A DNA stretch of 32,000 nt from assembly GCF_002803295.2 (NCBI RefSeq), contig NZ_PGGB02000005.1, positions 59 through 32,058 on the forward strand, in the 5' to 3' direction. The stretch is from Caedibacter taeniospiralis. Its GTDB lineage: Bacteria > Pseudomonadota > Gammaproteobacteria > Francisellales > Francisellaceae. Position numbers and translations under genes: made by a program. Within the stretch, counting starts at the first letter, position 1. Each line of letters begins with the position of its first letter. The notes beneath the pieces are model-generated. The model had not been told where the DNA came from, searched no databases, and saw only the letters and a program-made list of their open reading frames with translations. Positions 22,089-32,000 of the stretch are shown in pieces.

Positions 22089-22101
22089 GGCACAGTATAT
22101 A

Positions 22102-23037
22102 TTATGCTTTGACTTGTTCAATTAATTTATCAAATGATTCAACCGTCGCGGTATCTTGATAGTTAAGCTCTTTCACAATGCGTTTATTCAAGCCCGTTAA
22201 TACTTTGTTAGCACCACACTCAATGACTTCCTGGATTCCTGATTCAGCCATTTTTTCAATCGTTTGCGTCCATTTAACGGGGGAGTAAAGCTGCTTGGTT
22301 AAAGGATCTTTGATGCCAATAGCATCAGTGTGTATAGCAACATCACAATTATGAATAACGCTAAGGCTTGGAGATTTAATCGTGATTTTATCTAATGCGC
22401 TGGCAAACTTTTCAGCAGCATCTTTCATGAGTGAGCAATGCGATGGCACGCTAACAGGGAGTAATTGTGCGCGCTTTGCTCCCATTGCTTTGGCAATCTC
22501 ATTGGCTTTTTCAACGGCTTTTAGCTCACCTGAAATGACGACTTGACCATGGGAATTAAAATTAGCTGGTTCAACAATACCTATCCATTTTGCTGCATTG
22601 CAGCATTCGATTACCTCTTCATTTGTCAGTGCCAAAATAGCACTCATGGCACAGTCTTTATCGGTAACAGCCGATTGCATAAGCTGACCTCTCAGTTTGA
22701 CTAATCTTAGTGCATCGTCAAAGCGAATGCTCTCTGCCGCACACAACGCAGAATATTCACCCAGGCTGTGTCCTGCTAATATATCAGGGTTAATGTTGCT
22801 ATAAGCACGTAGTACACGCCAGATAGCGATACTTGCAGCTAAAAGTGCGGGTTGTGTATATTCTGTCTGGTTCAGCTTATCTTCATCGTGCTGGATAATA
22901 TGCCATAGATCAAAATCAAGTGCATCATTGGCTTCATCAAAGGTTTCTTTCACTTCACTAAAACGAGCGTAATAATCGCTCAACATACCCAGTTTTTGTG
23001 AACCTTGACCTGGGAAAACAATGGCAGTCTTTATCAT
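22102..23037 (-). CDS. fabD: Malonyl-CoA:ACP transacylase
   Basis: FPGQGSQKLGML, GHSLGEYSAL, HCSLM, GPVKWTQ-like PVKWTQTIEKM, GANKVLTGL. Confidence 0.96.
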   Translation of the reverse strand: MIKTAIVFPGQGSQKLGMLSDYYARFSEVKETFDEANDALDFDLWHIIQHDEDKLNQTEYTQPALLAASIAIWRVLRAYSNINPDILAGHSLGEYSALCAAESIRFDDALRLVKLRGQLMQSAVTDKDCAMSAILALTNEEVIECCNAAKWIGIVEPANFNSHGQVVISGELKAVEKANEIAKAMGAKRAQLLPVSVPSHCSLMKDAAEKFASALDKITIKSPSLSVIHNCDVAIHTDAIGIKDPLTKQLYSPVKWTQTIEKMAESGIQEVIECGANKVLTGLNKRIVKELNYQDTATVESFDKLIEQVKA

Positions 23038-23176
23038 TTAAGCTACTCCTAAAATGAGGTTGTTACGCTAAAAATGGGATCATCCTAGTGAATTTTATGC
23101 CAATCTTCAAAAGGTTTATTCTGGATTGCTTAAAATTCTTGTGCACTTTAGTTACGGGAGTTACACCACATTCGCA

Positions 23177-23737
23177 CTAAAGCGACACCTCATTTCTCTG
23201 AGGATTGTTGTAACTTGTTTCACTAATGCTTTGGATTTGCATAATAATGTTGTTGGCTACCTGTGATTGCAGGTTGTTATAAATCAGCTGCTGCTGGCTG
23301 TTGTTGCTTAGCTGCTGGGTTGCATTGGTTGTGTAGGCTTGCTGCTCGGAGTTACTTTGATCTTTTAGAATGACTTGATTTTTGTTGTTCAAAATATCAT
23401 AGCCGACGTTGTAGCTTAAAATATAATCATTCGAGGATGCGCCCCCTGTGATGCCCACAAGACGGCGACTTTGTGTGGCAGATTTGATGTGTATAATGAT
23501 ATCCGCATTTTGAGAAGAGTCTACCAACTTGGCGCCCGTTGAGGTAATGATCGAGTTTAAGAGGTTGATAAAGCCAAACTCACTGCCTGAGTAACTGACA
23601 TAAATTTTTTGCATAAACTTAGGCATGCCCTCATTCCAGCCACGCAAATGAAAGCCGCAGCCATAAAGTATGCCAGTAAAGAGCAGAATAAATAAAAGCT
23701 GAAGATTAAAACGCTTGGTAAGAGATAATATATTCAT
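23177..23737 (-). CDS. lptE: LPS-assembly lipoprotein LptE
   Basis: Lipobox followed by LptE signature (GILYGCGFHLRGW); starts 6 nt downstream of the leuS stop. Confidence 0.92.
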   Translation of the reverse strand: MNILSLTKRFNLQLLFILLFTGILYGCGFHLRGWNEGMPKFMQKIYVSYSGSEFGFINLLNSIITSTGAKLVDSSQNADIIIHIKSATQSRRLVGITGGASSNDYILSYNVGYDILNNKNQVILKDQSNSEQQAYTTNATQQLSNNSQQQLIYNNLQSQVANNIIMQIQSISETSYNNPQRNEVSL

Positions 23738-23743
23738 GTCAGT

Positions 23744-26188
23744 TTAGGCTCCAATGACGATATTCATTAATTTTTTAGGGACATAAATCGCTTGTTTAAC
23801 GGTCTTGCCTGCTAGACATTTGCTAACGATTTCATGTGCGATCACCCTATCCTCAATTTCTTTTGGACTAAGCTTGCTTGAGATGTCAAGCTTGGCACGA
23901 AGTTTGCCATTGACTTGAACAATAAGGGTAAAACTGTCACTCACAAGCGCTTTTTCATCAATAAGCGGGAAGTTTGTCTTTAAGATATTCTCCCCAAAGC
24001 GAAGGCGTTCCCACAGAAACTGAGTAATATGGGGGGTAAAAGGTGCTAATAATCGTAGCAAAATGCTTATCCCCTCAGTAATTACGGCACTGTTGTGTGC
24101 ACTTTGCAAGCTGTTAAAAATCTTCATGCACGCTGATACCACGGTATTAAACTGCATTTTATCGAAATCAAATAATGCCTGTTTCAGAACACTATGGATC
24201 TCAAGGCGCACCACTTTATCTTCAGCACTTAAGACTTCGATGTCGATAAGCTCATTGGGTTTGATTTGAGCCTGGTGAAGATGTACATAGCTCCATATTT
24301 TTTTCAAAAATCGGTGGGCGCCTTCAACGCCTGAATCAGACCATTCCAGTGACTGCTCAGGAGGGGCGGCGAACATGCTAAATAAACGCACCGTATCGGC
24401 GCCATATTGTTCAATAAGCGCTTGCGGGTCAACGGTATTACCTTTGGATTTTGACATTTTGGCACCGTCTTTTAATACCATGCCCTGAGTAAGTAGATTG
24501 GTAAATGGTTCGTCACTTTCAACAAGTCCAGCATCACGCATTAGTTTATGGAAAAAACGTGCGTATAAAAGGTGCATAATTGCATGCTCAATCCCACCGA
24601 TATATTGGTCCACTGGCAGCCAGTAATTCGCTTCATCATCAAGCATTTTATCCGTACTTGGGCAAGTGTAACGTGCGTAGTACCAGGATGACTCCATAAA
24701 AGTATCAAAGGTATCCGTTTCACGTGTGGCTTTATCGCCGCAGTGCGGACAGGTTGTTTCATAGAACTCTGGCATAAGCTTTAAAGGGGAAGTTGTACCG
24801 TTCAAAGTGACCTGCTTAGGCAGTCTGACGGGAAGGTTTTCCTGTTTTTCATGGACGATTCCGCAATGTTCGCAATGGATCATTGGAATCGGGCAGCCCC
24901 AATAGCGTTGGCGTGACACCCCCCAATCCCGAATCCTAAAGTTCGTGGTGATTTCACCTTTGTTATGTGCTATCAGAAACTCACTGATCTTATCAAAAGC
25001 CTGATCAAAGTTAAGACCGTTAAACTCGCCAGAATGAATCAATACGCCTTTTTCGGTAATTGCTCCCTGGTTTAAATCAGTATTACCTTCAGTGGTTTGA
25101 ATGACTTGCTTTAAAGGGATGTCGTATTTATGGGCAAATTCCCAATCACGCTGATCATGTGCTGGCACAGACATAACAGCCCCCGTGCCATAGCTCATCA
25201 GTACAAAATTCGCGATCCATACTTCAACTTCATTCCCAGTAATGGGGTGTATTGCATAAAATGGTGTTTTGATCCCGAGTTTTTCCTGAGTGGCAAGATC
25301 GGCTTCCATGGTCGAAGTCTGTTGGCATTTTTTAATGAATTCAGCAATCTTAGTATTATCTTTAGCCGCTGCCAATGCCAGTGGATGCTCAGCTGCAATG
25401 GCTAAATAGGTAACCCCCATTAGGGTGTCTGGGCGTGTGGTAAATACATCAAGCTTTGTGGCATTGGCAGTAAATGAAACCGTGACACCTTTGGATTTGC
25501 CAATCCAGTTGGTTTGCATGATTTTAACTGCTTCGGGCCAGCCTTGAAGTTTATTAAGATCCTGCAGTAGTTCATTCGCATAATCGGTGATTTTAATAAA
25601 CCATTGTGGGATTTCCTTTTTCTCAACCAAAGCGCCTGAACGCCAGCCACGCCCATCGATCACCTGTTCGTTAGCAAGCACCGTTTGATCCACAGGATCC
25701 CAATTGACCACCGAGTTTTTGCGATAGACGAGTCCTTTGTTATAAAGTTCGATAAAAAACCACTGCTCCCATTTATAGTAGCTATCGTCACACGTCGCAA
25801 TCTCACGATCCCAATCATAGGCAAATCCTAAGGACTGTAGTTGTTTTTTCATATAGGCAATATTGCTATAGGTCCAATCCGCTGGTGCTTTCTGGTGTTT
25901 GATTGCCGCATTTTCAGCGGGTAATCCAAAGGCGTCCCAGCCCATGGGTTGTAACACATTTTTACCCAGCATGCGCTGATAGCGACTGACCACATCACCT
26001 AAGGTGTAGTTGCGTACATGCCCCATATGTAATGTGCCACTGGGATAAGGCAGCATTGACAGGCTGTAAAATTTCTCTTTTGAATCATCTTTGATGGCTT
26101 TAAAGGATTGATTTTCTTGCCAAAAGCGTTGAATTTGTTTCTCTAGTTGAGTGAAGTCATAGGTTTGCTGCATTGTTTTATCCAACAT
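23744..26188 (-). CDS. leuS: Leucyl-tRNA synthetase
   Basis: [64 protein letters not shown]. Confidence 0.98.
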   Translation of the reverse strand: MLDKTMQQTYDFTQLEKQIQRFWQENQSFKAIKDDSKEKFYSLSMLPYPSGTLHMGHVRNYTLGDVVSRYQRMLGKNVLQPMGWDAFGLPAENAAIKHQKAPADWTYSNIAYMKKQLQSLGFAYDWDREIATCDDSYYKWEQWFFIELYNKGLVYRKNSVVNWDPVDQTVLANEQVIDGRGWRSGALVEKKEIPQWFIKITDYANELLQDLNKLQGWPEAVKIMQTNWIGKSKGVTVSFTANATKLDVFTTRPDTLMGVTYLAIAAEHPLALAAAKDNTKIAEFIKKCQQTSTMEADLATQEKLGIKTPFYAIHPITGNEVEVWIANFVLMSYGTGAVMSVPAHDQRDWEFAHKYDIPLKQVIQTTEGNTDLNQGAITEKGVLIHSGEFNGLNFDQAFDKISEFLIAHNKGEITTNFRIRDWGVSRQRYWGCPIPMIHCEHCGIVHEKQENLPVRLPKQVTLNGTTSPLKLMPEFYETTCPHCGDKATRETDTFDTFMESSWYYARYTCPSTDKMLDDEANYWLPVDQYIGGIEHAIMHLLYARFFHKLMRDAGLVESDEPFTNLLTQGMVLKDGAKMSKSKGNTVDPQALIEQYGADTVRLFSMFAAPPEQSLEWSDSGVEGAHRFLKKIWSYVHLHQAQIKPNELIDIEVLSAEDKVVRLEIHSVLKQALFDFDKMQFNTVVSACMKIFNSLQSAHNSAVITEGISILLRLLAPFTPHITQFLWERLRFGENILKTNFPLIDEKALVSDSFTLIVQVNGKLRAKLDISSKLSPKEIEDRVIAHEIVSKCLAGKTVKQAIYVPKKLMNIVIGA

Positions 26189-26472
26189 GTTAAGTTTCAG
26201 GACGCGGGTAAAAGTATTAATTTGGAGAGTATGTTAGCGAAATTTTTAAGCAACGACTAGGGGCAACAGGATTTATGTTGTAAGGTAAACAGTTAAGTCT
26301 AATCATCGTCGAATTGCTCAATAGCAGGGATTGATTTATGGAAGTTTGAAGCTTAAAGTTATACTGCAGCTACAGTCAATAAGCATGGTCATCGTGATCA
26401 AATTTGAAGGACCTACTGATCCTGTGGCTGATGATGAATGGTATGGCGTAACGTAAATCTTAAGGAAATGTG

Positions 26473-27222
26473 ATGAAGGGAAAATATTTACCAATGATAA
26501 CAGTTGTATTGGCAATGAGCGGTTTAGCGTTGTTGCATGCGGCTGAAGATTTAAATCAAAACGCATTAAAGTTGGCTAATGATCAAACTATTGGCGATGG
26601 GCAGATGGCGCAAAGTTCCAACTCTCCCGTGGGGTACTGGTTGCAATATAGCGATGATGGCAAACAAGCGCAGTCAATTCTGGAAGTTTATGCAGGCAAA
26701 GATGGTAGGCTTGAAGGCAGGATCGTCGTGCCTTTTGTTAATATGACAGATGATAAAAAACAAGTACCTGATGTATCGTGTAAAAAGTGTGGCAAGGGTG
26801 ATGAAAACGGTTATACATTTGATTATTCCAGTTATCCTGATAATCAGGTGCAAGGCTTAAAAATGATGTGGAGTTTTACTCAAGACGGTAAGAGGGATGG
26901 ATCTGATGGTGCATTATATGGGAATGGCTCAATCCTCGATCCATCGAGTGGCAAGGTCTATAGCTGTAAGATCCAGACTCAGGAAAATGGCAAGAAGCTA
27001 TATGTGCGTGGCTATATTGGTTTTTCACTGTTTGGGCGCACACAGTACTGGTATCGCATCGATCAACAGGAGGCATTACGCTGTGTCAAAGCTTGTGGAA
27101 TCACAACTGAAGGACATTATGCTTATGCCGATAAAACGGGAAAAATCATTAATGAAAAACTGTGGCAACAATGCTCGAGCATTACTATAACGGCAGGTAG
27201 CCTGTGTGATTTTGAAGCATAG
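26473..27222 (+). CDS. Secreted DUF2147-family protein
   Basis: Signal peptide (MITVVLAMSGLALLHAAED) and DUF2147-like core ending SGKVYSCKIQTQENGKKLYVRGYIGFSLFGRTQYWYR. ATG at 26473 with AAGGAAA upstream is preferred over the GTG at 26470. Confidence 0.8.
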   Translation: MKGKYLPMITVVLAMSGLALLHAAEDLNQNALKLANDQTIGDGQMAQSSNSPVGYWLQYSDDGKQAQSILEVYAGKDGRLEGRIVVPFVNMTDDKKQVPDVSCKKCGKGDENGYTFDYSSYPDNQVQGLKMMWSFTQDGKRDGSDGALYGNGSILDPSSGKVYSCKIQTQENGKKLYVRGYIGFSLFGRTQYWYRIDQQEALRCVKACGITTEGHYAYADKTGKIINEKLWQQCSSITITAGSLCDFEA

Positions 27223-27349
27223 ACATATGTTTTAAATTCCATATATTGCACTTGTGATACAATTTTGAAGAATAAACTTTGAAAAGCCTTTGTTTTTGAA
27301 TAGAATCGCTTTTGAGTTTTAGATCTTAAGAAACCACGGAGTGAACCCT

Positions 27350-27970
27350 ATGAAAAAGACGTTAAAACGTAAATCAGCCTGCGTATTACCCGCATTATTA
27401 TCGCTTGGCTTGTTAGCGGGCTGTGCAAGTTCTGGTAATGTAAGTTACGTTGACCCGCAAGGTGTCGATACCAATTCTATTAATTTCAGCTCAACCGACT
27501 TGCAGACAACCACGCAAAAAATGGTTGGTGGCATGTTAGCATCTCCTGCGATTGCACGCGTGAGCGCGGGTGACAAACAACCTGTTGTGTTCTTTAGCAC
27601 GATCAAAAACGAAACGGCTGAGCACATCAATACAGGCATGTTGGCTAATACGGTTTCAACAGAGATTATTAACAGTGGCAAGTTCCAGTTTACGGATATG
27701 TCACAGGTTAAAGAGATGAAAGCGCAGATGGACTATCAATCTGAGTCTGGGATGGTTGATCAGGTAACAGCGACAAAAATGGGGCAGCAGATTGGGGCGC
27801 AATATATGATTTATGGCAGCATTGCCGATATGCAATCCATGAATAAGGATCAACAATCCTTATTCTTCTTGATTACCTTAAAAATGATTGATTTAAAGAC
27901 AGGCATAATCATCTGGCAAGATCAACAGCAAATTCGCAAGGTACAAAAGCGCAGCTCTTTTGGCTGGTAG
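27350..27970 (+). CDS. LpoB-like lipoprotein (penicillin-binding protein activator family)
   Basis: Lipobox LLAGC; VVFFSTIKNETAEHINTGMLANTVSTEIINSGKFQF and IWQDQQQIRK C-terminus, typical of the LpoB family. ATG at 27350 with ACGGAG upstream. Confidence 0.85.
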   Translation: MKKTLKRKSACVLPALLSLGLLAGCASSGNVSYVDPQGVDTNSINFSSTDLQTTTQKMVGGMLASPAIARVSAGDKQPVVFFSTIKNETAEHINTGMLANTVSTEIINSGKFQFTDMSQVKEMKAQMDYQSESGMVDQVTATKMGQQIGAQYMIYGSIADMQSMNKDQQSLFFLITLKMIDLKTGIIIWQDQQQIRKVQKRSSFGW

Positions 27971-28053
27971 TTTTGCATCTTTCTGTTTATCTAACTCCAA
28001 TTATCTAAAAGAGAAGTGATTAGCTTTACTCCAATTAACGGATTTAAAAGAAC

Positions 28054-29442
28054 ATGAAGCTACTATCAAAAAATAGTGTACTGTGGCTTTTAAGTGCGAG
28101 TGCATTAATGCTATCAGGTTGTGCTACTTTTTCGGCATCCTATCCCAGTAAAATGAAAGCCGTTAAGGCAGATGCTGAGGAGGGCAATTTGAGCGCCGCG
28201 CAAAAAGCATTTACTGAGGAGTTTGGAGATAAGCCAGATAATGATAATTTGTATTTGCTGGAGCAAGGGCGTTTAGCACAATTAAGTGGTGATGTGGCAG
28301 AGTCTAAAAAAGCCTATGAAGCGGTGATTCAAACCGTAGTAACAAGCCAAATGGCAGCGAAAGTGCAAGTATCGAAAATGCTTGAGAATATGGGCGCGGT
28401 ATTGACGAATGATCGCGAGCTGCCTTTCTCAACCCCTGATTATGCGATGACATTTTTATATCCTTATCAAGCTTTAAATTACTTATCTGAGAACGATTTA
28501 AGTGGCGCTTTGGTGGCGATTCGCCAGTTAAGTAATGCACAATACTGGACATATCAACAGAAGCTTATGGCGGGAGATTTGCAAAGCAAATATCAAAAGG
28601 ATACGAGTAAAGTCGGAATCGATGAAGGCAAATTTGGGCTTCAAAAATCCAAAGAAATAACGAAGATGTTTAGTGCGGTTAAAGATGCCAGTAATGCCTA
28701 TGAAAATGGTTTTGGCTATTATCTGGCGAGCATTTTGTATGAGGCTTTTGACGATAATTACAATAATGCTTTTGTGTCAATCAAAGATGCAAAGCGGTTA
28801 TTGCCAGATAACCCTCATGTGCTACGCACGTATCAGGAGATGGAGCGTGGCTTTAATGGTGGAAGTGCCTATGAAGATGGCAAAGGACGTCTGGTGGTGA
28901 TTTATGAACAAGGATCTGTCACCCCAAAAGTGGCGTTTAAGCTGCCGCTATTTTTAGGAAAACTTGGGTTACAAGAAGTGGCGGTGACCTATTATCCATC
29001 GCAGTATACTTTGTTGCCGCCAAAAGATTTATATGTAACTCAACATGACAAAATCATCGACAAAGGACAAACATCGCTATTGGTCAATACGACACAGATG
29101 GCGATGAAGTCTTTAACCGAAGAATATCCTGTGATTATTACCCGTGAAGTCATTCGTTTGGTGGTCAAAGCCTTGGCAACCTATGAAGCGACTGATCAGG
29201 CAGGTGGATGGGGGTTGTTGGCAGGTTCCATCTACAGCTTTATGACCGCGCAGGCAGATGAGCGTAGCTGGTTGCTATTGCCGAATAATATTCAGTTGTT
29301 TGAAAATCAATATAATGCGGGAAAATATAGCGTGGATATTGGACTTAAACAAACCCCTGTTGAAATACACAGTAATAAAACGACGTTGCTTTGGGTTGTC
29401 AATATGGGCAGTTTTAATAAAATTTATCAGTTTGCACTTTAA
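28054..29442 (+). CDS. COG3014-like outer-membrane lipoprotein
   Basis: Lipobox LMLSGCATF, TPR-like N-terminal half; adjacent to the LpoB-like gene as in several gammaproteobacteria. Confidence 0.72.
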   Translation: MKLLSKNSVLWLLSASALMLSGCATFSASYPSKMKAVKADAEEGNLSAAQKAFTEEFGDKPDNDNLYLLEQGRLAQLSGDVAESKKAYEAVIQTVVTSQMAAKVQVSKMLENMGAVLTNDRELPFSTPDYAMTFLYPYQALNYLSENDLSGALVAIRQLSNAQYWTYQQKLMAGDLQSKYQKDTSKVGIDEGKFGLQKSKEITKMFSAVKDASNAYENGFGYYLASILYEAFDDNYNNAFVSIKDAKRLLPDNPHVLRTYQEMERGFNGGSAYEDGKGRLVVIYEQGSVTPKVAFKLPLFLGKLGLQEVAVTYYPSQYTLLPPKDLYVTQHDKIIDKGQTSLLVNTTQMAMKSLTEEYPVIITREVIRLVVKALATYEATDQAGGWGLLAGSIYSFMTAQADERSWLLLPNNIQLFENQYNAGKYSVDIGLKQTPVEIHSNKTTLLWVVNMGSFNKIYQFAL

Positions 29443-29454
29443 GACTATAGGGTA

Positions 29455-29937
29455 ATGGCACAACAAAAAATACTGATTCTTGGAATCGGCTCACCCTTTG
29501 GTGATGATCAGTTTGGCTGGCTGACAGTAAGAAAGGTCAAGGAGATGCTGACGGCTGATGTTAAAAGAAACATTGATATGGAAATTGTCGATCGCCCTGG
29601 GCTTAATCTTTTACGTTTTTTAGAAATAAATTATGCCAAAATTATTTTAATTGATGCCGTCAATGCCAACGTTGAGCCAGGGAGGCAGTTTTATTTAAAA
29701 GCTGATGAAATCATAGAATTTACAGGTTTTTTATCCTCACATAATATTGGTGTCGCACCTTCTTTGGCGCTTGCTTTTGCCCTTGATATGCCGATTAAGC
29801 ATATTGTATTTTACGGCGTGCAAGGTGAGCGGTTATTTGTAAAAGATAATGTGGTATCACAGGTAGTTGAAGAAGCAGTGATTAAGGTTGCCCATAATAT
29901 TCTTAGTGCTGAGTCTGGGCTGCCTGAATCGCGGTAA
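29455..29937 (+). CDS. Hydrogenase maturation peptidase family protein (HyaD/HycI type)
   Basis: ILILGIGSPFGDDQFGW, conserved-Asp segment KIILIDAV and SSHNIGVAPSLALAFAL match the peptidase fold's metal-binding positions. Confidence 0.8.
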   Translation: MAQQKILILGIGSPFGDDQFGWLTVRKVKEMLTADVKRNIDMEIVDRPGLNLLRFLEINYAKIILIDAVNANVEPGRQFYLKADEIIEFTGFLSSHNIGVAPSLALAFALDMPIKHIVFYGVQGERLFVKDNVVSQVVEEAVIKVAHNILSAESGLPESR

Positions 29938-32000
29938 TCGCAATGGTGTAAATAATATCGTCAACTGTGGCTCCTCTGGATAGGTCGTTCACGGGTTTGT
30001 TAAGACCTTGAAGAACGGGTCCAATGCTTAAAACATCGGCACTTCTTTGCACCGCTTTATAAGTTGTGTTTCCTGTGTTTAAATCAGGGAAAATGAGGAC
30101 AGTTGCTTTACCCGCCACGGAACTACCAGGGGCTTTTTTTCTGGCAACCGATAATGTGGTTGCGGCATCGTATTGCAGTGGTCCATCAATCATAAGTTCA
30201 GGCTTGTTTTGTCTGACGAGTGCTGTTGCCGATTTCACTTTATCAACATCGACGCCATGACCTGAGTCGCCTGTGCTATAGCTGATCATGGCAATTTTGG
30301 GTTCAATACCGAAAGCTTTGGCAGACTTCGCACTTTGTATGGCAATTTCAGCTAATTGCTCGGCATTTGGATCTGGGTTCACCGCGCAATCACCATAAAC
30401 AAGCACCTGATCCTCAAGACACATGAAAAAGACAGAGGAGACGATGGAACATTCGGGTCTCGTTTTAATGATTTTAAGCGCGGGAGAAAGGGTGTGTGCT
30501 GTGGTGTTAAGTGCACCTGCCACAAGCCCATCGACGTCATTCATTTGCAACATCATGGTCCCAAGCGTGATATTATCTTCAAGTGCATCAGTGGCCATCA
30601 TCTCAGTCATCCCTTTATGCTTACGAATCTCTACCAGCGGCTTAATATATTGGCTTTTAACATCCTCAGGATCAATAATGCTAAGACCATCAGGAATGCT
30701 CAAACCATGTTTTTGTGCGATCTCTAGAACCTGATTGCGCTTGGCCAGTAAGATACATTCAGCAATATTGCGCCTGGTGCAGAAAATCGCTGCCTCGATG
30801 GTTCGAGGTTCTAAACCTTCAGGCAAAACAATACGTTTCTTCACTTCCATGGCACGCTTAATCAAATAATGGCGAAACGCAGGCGGTGACATTTTTTTAT
30901 GCACGGGCATTTTTGTCAGTCTGGCTTCTATTTTATGGATATCAATACATTCAGCGATTGATGATTTTAATAAGTTAAGGCGAGTAATATCGTCTTTGGG
31001 GATGCTGCTGTAGTCAATATCAGCAAGTTTTAGAATGGTGCTCATGCTTTTATTTTCGGTAGTAAAAATGGGCAATGCCATCTGTTTGGCAGCATCCATG
31101 CAGAAATCAATAAGGCGTTCATTTGCCAGAGAATAAGCGGTTAAGATGAGTCCTCCAACTTTAATGCCTTTTTTGGCGGCAAGGGTTGCGCCTAAAATAA
31201 TATCACTGCGATCAGCTGCAGTAATAATCAAGGTCCCTGCTTGAAATTCATCGGCAACGTGATCAATCGTTCTTGAGCACATGGTGACCACTTTTATGCG
31301 TCGACTACGGTCAAAGTCTGGATAAAGTGGCTTAAGATTAAGTCTGTCAGCAACATCGACAATGCGGGGATAGGTTAGCTCATTTTGCCAGTGGGTAACG
31401 CCTAATAAGGATAATTGTTTTGTTTGAAACAAGGATAAGCTGGCAATATCCTCAATCGAAATATGGGGTGCCTGCTCATGTAAAGTTTCATCCAAAAGAC
31501 TAAAGCGGTTATTGCCATTGGTATCAAGGGGCGCGTTGATTTTGGTAATAATGGTCCCAAGCAGCACATCTTGTGGGATCTGCTGCTGATGCAGCTTAAG
31601 CTGAATTTCGAGATCTTTGAGATTCTTATAGCCCTGGCGGGCAATTAAAATAACATTGGCATTAAACGTGTGAATAAGCGTTTTATTAAAGAGATTGATG
31701 TAGGCATTTGACCAGTCAAAAGCATTATGGTTGTGCTCTTTGATAAAGATGCCGTCAATAAGGGTGATGTCAGCGCTTTGGCTAAGTCGATCATAAATGG
31801 TTAATAGATGTTCAAAAAAGTCTTTGACTTTGTTTTGGCGAAAATATTGTTCCATCTCAGCAGCAGGAAGTTCGGCATCAAACAAAGGATTAAATAGTTT
31901 GACGGTATAACCCTGCTGTTCCAGTGCATACTTTAGACCCTGTTTTAAAGAAAACAGCCCAACTCCCTGCCCTGTGGGCAGTAAAACAATTGGTAGACTC
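29903..32000 (-). CDS. pta: Phosphate acetyltransferase, long form (5' end beyond window)
   Basis: C-terminal PTA_PTB domain (KRIVLPEGLEPRTIEAAIF ... QYDAATTLSVARKKAPGSSVAGKATVLIFPDLNTGN) plus DRTT/DRAP domains. The frame stays open upstream of the track start, encoding SLPIVLLPTGQGVGLFSLKQGLKYALEQQGYTVKLFNPLFDAELP up to base 31999, so 31885 is not the true start. Confidence 0.95.
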   Translation of the reverse strand, partial: SLPIVLLPTGQGVGLFSLKQGLKYALEQQGYTVKLFNPLFDAELPAAEMEQYFRQNKVKDFFEHLLTIYDRLSQSADITLIDGIFIKEHNHNAFDWSNAYINLFNKTLIHTFNANVILIARQGYKNLKDLEIQLKLHQQQIPQDVLLGTIITKINAPLDTNGNNRFSLLDETLHEQAPHISIEDIASLSLFQTKQLSLLGVTHWQNELTYPRIVDVADRLNLKPLYPDFDRSRRIKVVTMCSRTIDHVADEFQAGTLIITAADRSDIILGATLAAKKGIKVGGLILTAYSLANERLIDFCMDAAKQMALPIFTTENKSMSTILKLADIDYSSIPKDDITRLNLLKSSIAECIDIHKIEARLTKMPVHKKMSPPAFRHYLIKRAMEVKKRIVLPEGLEPRTIEAAIFCTRRNIAECILLAKRNQVLEIAQKHGLSIPDGLSIIDPEDVKSQYIKPLVEIRKHKGMTEMMATDALEDNITLGTMMLQMNDVDGLVAGALNTTAHTLSPALKIIKTRPECSIVSSVFFMCLEDQVLVYGDCAVNPDPNAEQLAEIAIQSAKSAKAFGIEPKIAMISYSTGDSGHGVDVDKVKSATALVRQNKPELMIDGPLQYDAATTLSVARKKAPGSSVAGKATVLIFPDLNTGNTTYKAVQRSADVLSIGPVLQGLNKPVNDLSRGATVDDIIYTIAITAIQAAQTQH

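Noticed and set aside
26384-26455. Short ORF MVIVIKFEGPTDPVADDEWYGVT upstream of the DUF2147 gene
   Set aside because: Only 23 codons, no convincing RBS and no recognised homology; cannot be supported without conservation data.
27994-28037. Direct repeat ACTCCAATTA x2 between the LpoB-like and COG3014-like genes
   Set aside because: Two copies of 10 bp in AT-rich DNA with no further structure; likely chance.
30356-30734. Plus-strand ORFs of 123 and 103 aa opposite pta
   Set aside because: Antisense to conserved pta sequence, no domain similarity recognised, no convincing RBS.

Overview
The window is mostly a chromosomal housekeeping segment from an AT-rich gammaproteobacterium. Lineage is not assignable with confidence; a Thiotrichales/Francisella-like relative is only a guess. 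Order left to right: yajC (partial)-secD-secF >, < MFS transporter, gyrA-dxr >, hairpin-rich spacer, bamA-skp >, < RlmI-like methyltransferase, epmA > transaldolase > ispG > DUF1016/YhcG-type PD-(D/E)XK nuclease > FadH-like reductase >, < rsgA < fabG < fabD < lptE < leuS, DUF2147 protein > LpoB-like lipoprotein > COG3014-like lipoprotein > HycI/HyaD-type peptidase >, < pta (partial). All main CDSs look intact, and several ORF-track starts are corrected here. I found no CRISPR, tRNA, rRNA, transposase or obvious multigene defence system. The most interesting signals are non-coding: (1) a ~224-255 bp mosaic of nested perfect hairpins with a 9-bp terminal inverted repeat, in the dxr-bamA gap where rseP often lies; (2) a two-copy double-hairpin repeat upstream of secD and gyrA, with one compensatory stem change; (3) a nested foldback (11-bp outer inverted repeat plus a 16-bp inner stem) between fabD and fabG. 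The main coding curiosities are an orphan DUF1016-family nuclease and a hydrogenase-maturation-type peptidase linked to envelope lipoprotein genes, with no hydrogenase in the window.
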